A DNA stretch of 32,084 nucleotides. Origin: Candidatus Aminicenantales bacterium (GTDB taxonomy: Bacteria > Acidobacteriota > Aminicenantia > Aminicenantales > UBA4085). The first letter of the stretch is position 1, and every line of letters starts with the position of its first letter. A program made the position numbers and the translations under genes. Shown here piece by piece: positions 8,464-15,351 of the stretch. The stretch lies in NCBI GenBank assembly GCA_049515535.1, contig JBEKTZ010000002.1, forward strand, positions 335,467-367,550, written 5' to 3'. Under the pieces are notes generated by a model, which saw only the letters and a list, made by a program, of their open reading frames with translations, was not told the DNA's origin and did not search any database.

Positions 8464-9383
8464 CTCAACCGGGACAACCTCTGGCCTGCGCCATTGCGGA
8501 GGCGCCGCCCGCGCGACGGATTTCGCGACGGAGCGAGCGGCCGGACAACCGATCGGCGCAAACCTTCATTCATGCTGCCCGTCCTATAGCCGGCCAGATC
8601 GAAGGTCGCATAAAGGTATCCCAGTTTCTTAAAACGCCCGACGATCTTCGTCCTGATCTCAGGTTTCATGATCTTCCCGAATTCCCGGGGAATGATCTCG
8701 ATCCGGGCGATCTGGCCGTGATGGCGCACGCGGAGCTGGCCGAAGCCCAGGCTTCGCAAAAAGTCCTCGGCGGCTCCGACTTGTTTCAAGCTTTTGACGT
8801 CGATCTCCATTCCATAGGGAAAGCGGGAAGCCAGGCAGGCCAATGAGGGCTTGCTCCAAGTCGGCAGACCGAACGCTTTCGAAATTTTCCGGATATCGTT
8901 TTTGGTCAGCCCGGCTTCTTTCAGGGGCGATCGAATGCCGAGCTCCCGTCCGGCCCGGGCGCCGGGGCGGAAATCTCCCTCGTCATCCAGATTCTGGCCG
9001 TCGAGAACGAAGGCCATTCCTTCTTTTCCGGCGATCCGCTTCAGAGTCGAAAACAGCTCCTGCTTGCAATAATAGCATCGCAGCGGCGGGTTCTTGACGA
9101 AATCGGGATTTTCGATCTCCCGCGTATGAATGACCCGGTGCCGGACCTTGAGTTTCACGGCCATCGCCCGGGCTTCCCGGATTTCTTTCCCCGGATAAGT
9201 GGCCGAAGCGGCGATCACGGCCAGGACGTTTTTTCCCAGGATGTCGGTCGCCACTTTCAGGAGAAGAGTGCTGTCCACGCCGCCCGAAAAAGCGACCAGA
9301 GCTTTGGGCATGCGCCGGAGAATGCTTTCGAGCTTCCGCAGCTTTTTCGAGAGAGCCGCGTTCAGGGTTTGCCGTCGGATCAT
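8442..9383 (-). CDS. larE: ATP-dependent sulfur transferase LarE (PP-loop)
   Basis: AFSGGVDS PP-loop, RCYYCK, DFRPG, ACLASRFPYG, RVRHHG, DLAGYRTGSMN. Start 9383 (ATG) or 9398. Confidence 0.9.
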   Translation of the reverse strand: MIRRQTLNAALSKKLRKLESILRRMPKALVAFSGGVDSTLLLKVATDILGKNVLAVIAASATYPGKEIREARAMAVKLKVRHRVIHTREIENPDFVKNPPLRCYYCKQELFSTLKRIAGKEGMAFVLDGQNLDDEGDFRPGARAGRELGIRSPLKEAGLTKNDIRKISKAFGLPTWSKPSLACLASRFPYGMEIDVKSLKQVGAAEDFLRSLGFGQLRVRHHGQIARIEIIPREFGKIMKPEIRTKIVGRFKKLGYLYATFDLAGYRTGSMNEGLRRSVVRPLAPSRNPSRGRRLRNGAGQRLSRLSHKKGKK

Positions 9384-9402
9384 ATATCGGCCTTTCAAGG
9401 TC

Positions 9403-10599
9403 TCATTTCTTCGTCAAGGGACGAGCCTTGCGCTCGCCACTCGCCCGTGGCTTATATCCACGGGCGAGTACGGCAGAAGTGGACCCCCGGGCAAAGCCCG
9501 GGGCCCCGGCTGCCGCGGAAACGAGCTTTTCCACTTCTTTCAAGAGTTCGGCCCCGATCCTGTTTCCGGGGACGCGCCGGATAAGCCTTCCATTCTTAAA
9601 AAGAATCCCGACGCCCCGGCCGCAGGCCACGCCGACGTCCGCCTCTTTGGCTTCGCCGGGGCCGTTGACCATGCAGCCCATGACCGCCACGGTCAGGCTT
9701 TGGGGAATATGAGAAAGATTCTTTTCGATATTCGCCGCGATCGATGTGAGGTCCGTTTCGCACCGGCCGCAGGTCGGGCAGGCCACGATATTCGGCCCGC
9801 GGCGGCGGAGTTCGAGGCTGCCGAGGATCTGGTAAGCGACGCGGACCTCGTTTTCGGGTGAAGCCGCGAGAGAAACGCGGATCGTATCGGCCAGCCCTTC
9901 CTGCAATAGAAGCGCCAGGCCGACGGACGATTTGACCGTCCCGCATAGGAGCGGGCCGGCCTCCGTGATGCCGGAGTGAAAGGGATAGTCCGTTTGCCGT
10001 GATAGCCGGCGATAAGCTTCGATCGTCCGCAAGACATCCGATGCTTTCAAAGAGATCTTGATGAGACGAAAATCCAAATCCTCCAGGATCCGGATATGAC
10101 GCATCGCGCTTTCGACCATGGCCGTGGGCGTCGCCCCTCCGTATTTCTGGAGAAGGTCCTTTTCCAGCGATCCCGCGTTGACGCCGATCCGGATGGGGAT
10201 ATGGCGTTCTTTCGCCGCCAGGACGACCTCCTTGATTTTCACCCGGGAGCCGATATTACCCGGGTTGAGGCGCAGGCCGTCGATGCCGAGGTCGATGCAG
10301 GCCAGGGCCAATCTGTGGTCGAAATGGATATCGGCCACGAGCGGCACACGGGCCTTTTCCCTTATTTCCCGCAGCGCCGCCACGGCCCTCCTGTCCGGCA
10401 CGGCCAAGCGGACGATCTCGCAGCCTGCCTTTTCCAGGCGCTTGATCTGGGCTACGGTCGCCTTCACATCCCGCGTATCGGTCTTGGTCATGGATTGGAC
10501 GGATATGGGAGCTCCACCGCCGATGAGCACTCCGCCGATGGAAATCTGCCGCGTCTTACGGCGCGGCAGACCGAAATCGTTCTTCAAATCGTTCTCCAT
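9403..10599 (-). CDS. ispG: (E)-4-hydroxy-3-methylbut-2-enyl-diphosphate synthase IspG
   Basis: SVQSMT, PLVADIHF, RLNPGNIG, RIGVNAGSL, ACPTCGR, VMGCMVNGPGEA. The C-terminus carries the 102-bp repeat in frame. Confidence 0.96.
   Translation of the reverse strand: MENDLKNDFGLPRRKTRQISIGGVLIGGGAPISVQSMTKTDTRDVKATVAQIKRLEKAGCEIVRLAVPDRRAVAALREIREKARVPLVADIHFDHRLALACIDLGIDGLRLNPGNIGSRVKIKEVVLAAKERHIPIRIGVNAGSLEKDLLQKYGGATPTAMVESAMRHIRILEDLDFRLIKISLKASDVLRTIEAYRRLSRQTDYPFHSGITEAGPLLCGTVKSSVGLALLLQEGLADTIRVSLAASPENEVRVAYQILGSLELRRRGPNIVACPTCGRCETDLTSIAANIEKNLSHIPQSLTVAVMGCMVNGPGEAKEADVGVACGRGVGILFKNGRLIRRVPGNRIGAELLKEVEKLVSAAAGAPGFARGSTSAVLARGYKPRASGERKARPLTKK
9413..9514 (+). repeat. 102-bp palindromic repeat, copy 1 (inside ispG 3' end)
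   Basis: GTCAAGGGACGAGCC...CCCCGGGCAAAGCCCGGGGCCCCGGCTGCC; near-identical to 14802-14903 and 15415-15516. Confidence 0.93.
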
Positions 10600-10675
10600 C
10601 CATCCCGCTGAAGAAAAAACCGAACCGACGCGATGGGCGGGAGCCGGGGGACTCGGTCGAGCGAAAACATCGTTC

Positions 10676-12019
10676 TCAAAACGGCAATAAGCTCCCCCAG
10701 CCATGCGGCAGTTTCTTGACGACATCGTTCAAAATGAAAAAAGCGGCAATAAAAACGAAGATGACGAACCCGATCTGCATCCAGATCTGGCGGGCTTTGG
10801 GGTTGAAATCGCGGCGGAAAACGCTTTCCAGGATCAAAACGAAGAGCTGTCCGCCGTCGAAGACCGGGATGGGAAAAAGATTGATGACTCCCAGCTGGAG
10901 GCTGATGAACGCGATCCAGCTCAAAAGGGGAAGAAACCCCATCTGCAGAGCGGCGTAGGACAATTTGGCGATTTCCAGGGGGCCGCCCACCTGGCGGGTC
11001 GAGGCCCGGCCCGTCACCAGGTTCTTGATGAAATCGATCACCAAAAAGACGAGCCTCTTGTTTTCCTTATAACTCTGCCCGATGGCTTTGAAAAACCCGA
11101 ATTTTTTCATGACGGATTTGGCCGTCTGTTGAACGCCGATCTTGCCGATCTTCCCTTCGAGCCTGGGCGTGATTTTCAGGGTGACGGGGCTGCCGTCGCG
11201 CAGCACGCTGAACGTCAGCTCCTTCCCCGGGCTTTTTTCCAGGACTTCGATGAATTTGTAAAAATAGACCTGCGCGTCGTCGATCGTCAGGATGACGTCG
11301 CCGGGCTTCAGCCCGCCTTTCTCGGCGGGGGAACCGGGCGAAACCATCACAATCTGAGTCGGGATCTTTCCATAGAATCCGGCATAGCCCAGCTCGAACT
11401 GGATCTTTTTGTCCTTTTCGATCTGAAGCTCGACGGGAACGATCGCGCCATCCCGCTTGATCTCCAGGACCACTCGCGTATCGGGTTTCGATCCTACGAC
11501 GATCTCGACGTCGCTCCAGGTCTCGACCTTTCGATGGTTGATGCTCAGGATCTCGTCGTCGATCTTGAGATCCGCCTTCGCGGCGGGCGACCCGGCGTCG
11601 ATCCAGCCGATCACGGGCTTTTCGTCCAAATATTCGGGAATGGTCGCGCCGATCATGTTGATGACGGCGACGATAAAGATGGCCAGAAGGACGTTCATCA
11701 CCGCGCCCATGGCGAGGACCAGGAAACGCTGCCAGCGTTTTTTGGCCATGAAGTCGTCGGGCTCGATCGGTCGGCTCGTGTCAAAAACGCCTTCTCCGAG
11801 GAATTTGACGTAGCCGCCCATGGGGATGGCGCTGACCCGGTAGTCCGTGTGTCCCCTTTTGAAACCGAAGAGCCTCTTGCCATAGCCGAAGGAAAAGGTT
11901 TCCACCCGGATGCCGACGAGCTTGGCCATGAAAAAATGGCCGAATTCGTGGATGAAGACGCAGATGCCGAAGACGATAAGGAAAGCCAGGATAGTGCCGA
12001 ACAATGTGACCATGATCAA
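10676..12019 (-). CDS. rseP: RIP metalloprotease RseP
   Basis: HEFGH zinc motif, IPMGGYVKF, two PDZ-like domains (SPAAKADLK, SPAEKGGLKPGD), NLFPIPVFDGG. Confidence 0.95.
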   Translation of the reverse strand: MIMVTLFGTILAFLIVFGICVFIHEFGHFFMAKLVGIRVETFSFGYGKRLFGFKRGHTDYRVSAIPMGGYVKFLGEGVFDTSRPIEPDDFMAKKRWQRFLVLAMGAVMNVLLAIFIVAVINMIGATIPEYLDEKPVIGWIDAGSPAAKADLKIDDEILSINHRKVETWSDVEIVVGSKPDTRVVLEIKRDGAIVPVELQIEKDKKIQFELGYAGFYGKIPTQIVMVSPGSPAEKGGLKPGDVILTIDDAQVYFYKFIEVLEKSPGKELTFSVLRDGSPVTLKITPRLEGKIGKIGVQQTAKSVMKKFGFFKAIGQSYKENKRLVFLVIDFIKNLVTGRASTRQVGGPLEIAKLSYAALQMGFLPLLSWIAFISLQLGVINLFPIPVFDGGQLFVLILESVFRRDFNPKARQIWMQIGFVIFVFIAAFFILNDVVKKLPHGWGSLLPF

Positions 12020-13176
12020 TACCTTTGCTGAAGGATTTGAAGAGTCCGTCGTTTCGTCGATCGGTCGATATCGAAGATGCCTTCCAGGCCTCGAACTTTT
12101 TCCTCGACGTGTCCCTCCATCGCTCGGTGGACGAGTTCGCTGATCGCGCCAAAGCCGATCCGTCGCCCCAGGAAAGCCTCGACGGCGACTTCATTGGCCG
12201 CGTTCAAGGCCACGGACGCGCTCGCGCCGCCTTCAAGTGCCCGGTAAGCCAGGCGAATCAGCGGATAACGTCGGACTTCGACGGCATAAAATTCGAGGGC
12301 GCCGATGCCGGCCAGGTCGAGAGGCGGAAGCACGCCCGGCCGGCGCTCCGGGTACGTTAGGGCGAACTGAATCGGGATCTTCATGTCCGTTGGACCGAGC
12401 TGGGCCAAGACCGAGCCGTCCCGCATTTCGACGAGCGCATGGACGATGCTCTGGGGATGGATGAGGATATCCAGCTCTCCGGGCTTGAGATCGAAAAGCC
12501 AGCGGGCTTCGATGAGCTCCAGCCCTTTGTTCATGAGCGTCGCGGAATCCACGGTCACCTTGTTCCCCATTTTCCAGCGGGGATGGGCCAGGGCTTCCTC
12601 GACCGTTTTGACCCTCAGGGCGGCCAGAGGTGTCCGGAAAAAAGGTCCTCCGGACGCCGTCAACGTCACTTTCTTCGCGTTACGCCGGGCCTCGCCGGCC
12701 AGGCACTGGAATACGCCGCTGTGCTCGGAATCGACCGGGATGATCTCCGCCCCAGACTTGCGCGCTTCCGCGCGGATCAGAGGACCGGCGACGACCATGG
12801 ATTCTTTGTTGGCCAGCGCCACCCTTTTTCCGGCGCGGACGGCGGCCAGCGTCGGCCTCAGGCCGTTGATCCCCGTGATGGCCGCGACGACGATATCGGT
12901 ATTTTCACAGCCGCCGATCTCTTCCGCGCCCTGGGGGCCATAGGTCACCCGGACCGAGTTCCTCTTAAAGGCGCCGCGGACGATTTCCGCGTCTTCTTTC
13001 CTTGAGAGAGAAACGAGTTCGGGGTGGAATTCTCTGATCTGCTCTTCCAACACGCGAACGTTGGATCCCGCGGCCAGGGCCGTGACGCGAAAATACCGGC
13101 GATGATGCCGGACGACTTCGAGCGTGTTCCGGCCGATCGTCCCGGTGGAGCCCAAAATCGCGATTTTTTTCTTCAA
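12016..13176 (-). CDS. dxr: 1-deoxy-D-xylulose-5-phosphate reductoisomerase
   Basis: LGSTGTIG, LANKES, PVDSEHS, LTASGGPF, HPRWKMGNKVTVDSAT, NKGLELIEA, NAANEVAV; TTG start. Confidence 0.97.
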   Translation of the reverse strand: MKKKIAILGSTGTIGRNTLEVVRHHRRYFRVTALAAGSNVRVLEEQIREFHPELVSLSRKEDAEIVRGAFKRNSVRVTYGPQGAEEIGGCENTDIVVAAITGINGLRPTLAAVRAGKRVALANKESMVVAGPLIRAEARKSGAEIIPVDSEHSGVFQCLAGEARRNAKKVTLTASGGPFFRTPLAALRVKTVEEALAHPRWKMGNKVTVDSATLMNKGLELIEARWLFDLKPGELDILIHPQSIVHALVEMRDGSVLAQLGPTDMKIPIQFALTYPERRPGVLPPLDLAGIGALEFYAVEVRRYPLIRLAYRALEGGASASVALNAANEVAVEAFLGRRIGFGAISELVHRAMEGHVEEKVRGLEGIFDIDRSTKRRTLQILQQRY

Positions 13177-13179
13177 CGA

Positions 13180-13986
13180 TCACTTCCAGAAATAGCGAAG
13201 GTAATAATAAAAGAACGGCGCCGCGAGAATAAGGCTGTCGATCCTGTCCAGGACTCCGCCGTGACCCGGCAGGATATTCGAAGAATCCTTGACCCCGACG
13301 GCCCTTTTGAACAGCGATTCGAGAGGATCGCTGATCTGGGCTACGGCATGAACGAGCACGCCGCAGAGGGCCGCTTGTCCCGGACCGATCTGGTTCAGAA
13401 AGAGTCGCTGCGCCGCGAGGGCGCCGAGGCAAGCGAAAGCGAGGCCTCCGACGCTGCCCTCCCAGGTCTTGTTCGGGCTGGCGATGGGCGTCATTTTATG
13501 CTGCCCGATGAGCTTTCCGAAGAGGTAGCCTCCGGTGTCGCCGAGAAAGATCACGCCCAAAAAAAAATAGAGAACCAGCGGCCCTCTTTCCGCCTGGAGA
13601 AGATATAAATGGTTCAAAGTGAAGCTGATATAAACCGGCCCGAAGATCGTGACGGCAAAAGCGGCGGGAAAGGCCATGACCTTCTCGACCGTGTCGAAGA
13701 CGATCAAAAAATATAGGCCGCTGAGCAAAAGGACTCCGAACAGCGCGATCTCGAAGGGAAAAGCCTTGAGGAAAAACGAAGCACTGATGAGCAAGGCCGC
13801 GAGAATTCCGACCGCCGGCCGGGGCCGAAGCTTCTTTTTGCCGGCCAGGTTGTAGAACTCGACGAGGGCCATGACGATGACGATCTGGACGAAACAAAAG
13901 AAGGCCGCGGGTGGAGCCCACTGGAGAATGGAGAAGAGAATCGCCAGGAGGATCATGGCCGTCGGAAATCTTTTGCGGAAGCTCAT
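13180..13986 (-). CDS. cdsA: Phosphatidate cytidylyltransferase
   Basis: DTGGYLFG, SPNKTWEG, ESLFKRAVGVKDSSNILPGHGGVLDRIDS. ATG 13986 overlaps the uppS stop (ATGA). Confidence 0.95.
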   Translation of the reverse strand: MSFRKRFPTAMILLAILFSILQWAPPAAFFCFVQIVIVMALVEFYNLAGKKKLRPRPAVGILAALLISASFFLKAFPFEIALFGVLLLSGLYFLIVFDTVEKVMAFPAAFAVTIFGPVYISFTLNHLYLLQAERGPLVLYFFLGVIFLGDTGGYLFGKLIGQHKMTPIASPNKTWEGSVGGLAFACLGALAAQRLFLNQIGPGQAALCGVLVHAVAQISDPLESLFKRAVGVKDSSNILPGHGGVLDRIDSLILAAPFFYYYLRYFWK

Positions 13987-14756
13987 TTCGCCGCTTGGAT
14001 ATCGCCGAACCGCCGTTCTCGCTTTTGGTAATCGACCAAGGCCTGAAGAAGATGTTTTCTCCGGAAATCCGGCCAATAATCCGGCGTGATCCAGATCTCG
14101 GAATAGGCGATCTGCCATAAAAGGAAATTCGACACGCGGAATTCTCCGCTCGTCCGGATCAGCAAATCCGGGTCGGGCAGGTCCGCGGTGTACAAATAGC
14201 GGGAAAAGGTTTCCTCGGTCAGATCTTCCGGATATATGGATTCGTCGCCAAGGATCCGCTTGACGGCATCCACGATCTCGGCGCGGCCGCTATAGTTCAA
14301 AGCCAGACAAAGTTTCATCCGCTGGTTGTTCCTGGTCAGCTCTTCGACCCTCTCCAACTCGCGGCGTACGACCGCCGGCAGGCCGTCTTTTTGGCCGAGA
14401 ACCATGAGACATAAATCGTTTTCAATCAGGACCTTGTCCTGCTTCTTCAGATAATCCTTGAGAAACCTGAAGAGGCTCGAGACCTCGTTTTTCGGCCGTT
14501 TCCAGTTTTCCTTGGAAAAAGCATACAGCGTGAGGACCTTGATTCCGATTCTGGCGCTCGTCTCGACAGCTTCATGGACCGATTCCGCTGCGGCACGGTG
14601 ACCCTCGATACGGGGGAGGTTCCGGCTTTTTGCCCAGCGGCCGTTGCCGTCCATGATGATGGCCACGTGACGCGGGATTCTCGACAAATCGAGCTCCGCG
14701 GCCAAGCGGGCTTCTTCGCTGCCGGGCTTGAGGAACCCTTCTAAATCCTTGAACAT
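13983..14756 (-). CDS. uppS: Undecaprenyl/isoprenyl diphosphate synthase
   Basis: HVAIIMDGNGRWA, YAFSKENWKRP, DLLIRTSGEFRVSNFLLWQ, RRFG. Confidence 0.97.
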   Translation of the reverse strand: MFKDLEGFLKPGSEEARLAAELDLSRIPRHVAIIMDGNGRWAKSRNLPRIEGHRAAAESVHEAVETSARIGIKVLTLYAFSKENWKRPKNEVSSLFRFLKDYLKKQDKVLIENDLCLMVLGQKDGLPAVVRRELERVEELTRNNQRMKLCLALNYSGRAEIVDAVKRILGDESIYPEDLTEETFSRYLYTADLPDPDLLIRTSGEFRVSNFLLWQIAYSEIWITPDYWPDFRRKHLLQALVDYQKRERRFGDIQAAK

Positions 14757-14762
14757 GCGGAC

Positions 14763-14791
14763 ATTATAGGGGTTGACTCGAGAATTGTCAA
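14763..14791 (-). promoter_or_regulatory. Perfect-consensus sigma70 promoter of the uppS operon
   Basis: Minus strand TTGACA(14791-14786)-17 bp-TATAAT(14768-14763), 6 nt before the uppS ATG. Confidence 0.85.
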
Positions 14792-14801
14792 AAAATAGAT
14801 C

Positions 14802-14903
14802 GTCAAGGGACGAGCCTTCGGCTCGCCACTCGCCCGTGGTTTATATTCACGGGCGAGTACGGCGGAAGTGGACCCCCGGGCGAAGCCCGGGGCCCCGTAC
14901 GCC
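14802..14903 (+). repeat. 102-bp palindromic repeat, copy 2 (intergenic uppS/hypC)
   Basis: GTCAAGGGACGAGCCTTCGGCTCG...CCCCGGGCGAAGCCCGGGGCCCCGTACGCC. Confidence 0.93.
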
Positions 14904-15067
14904 GGCGAAATGACGACGCTCCCCGGGGGAAAAGAGGGCGAGACAAAGGGCCGGATATCTTGGATGAGAGGTCGAGGACGGAAGGGCGGATTTCCGCGCT
15001 CTTCCCCGCGCCCCTTCCCAAAGTCCGCCAAATCTGCTAATCTAAGCGGGTTAAGAAAGAGAAAAAG

Positions 15068-15292
15068 ATGTGTTTGGGAATACCGTCGAAAATCATAGAG
15101 ATGGATGATGTCCGGAGGACCGGAAAGATCGATTATCTCGGGACGAAAGTCAAAACGAACTTCGCCCTCCTGGACGACGCTAAGATCGGAGACTGGGTGA
15201 TCGTCCACGCCGGATTCGCCATCTCCAAACTGGATGAAAAGGACGCCCGGGAAACTCTCGATATGCTCCGGGAGATCGCGGAAAAGGGCTGA
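15068..15292 (+). CDS. hypC: Hydrogenase maturation chaperone HypC
   Basis: N-terminal MCLGIP, GDWVIVHAGFAI. Confidence 0.96.
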   Translation: MCLGIPSKIIEMDDVRRTGKIDYLGTKVKTNFALLDDAKIGDWVIVHAGFAISKLDEKDARETLDMLREIAEKG

Positions 15293-15351
15293 AAACGGCC
15301 GGCGGATCGGGCCGTCAAATCTGCCGCGGACGCAAATGCCACGAAGCTCGG

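Noticed and set aside
7549..8474. CTCAACCGGG on both sides of the nucleoside phosphorylase as a target-site duplication
   Set aside because: A 10-mer match is expected many times by chance in 32 kb, and there is no other mobility evidence.
10703..12031. 442-aa plus-strand ORF and similar long antisense ORFs (656-1582, 15454-16629, 23798-24982, 25224-26213, 28371-30233)
   Set aside because: They are shadows of well-supported genes on the opposite strand, expected in GC-rich DNA, and have no recognisable motifs.
15290..15325. Possible pseudoknot or SECIS after the hypC TGA (ACGGCC/GGCCGT crossed by GGCGGAT/ATCTGCC)
   Set aside because: HypC is already full length, hypD is in a different frame, and such short GC stems arise by chance.
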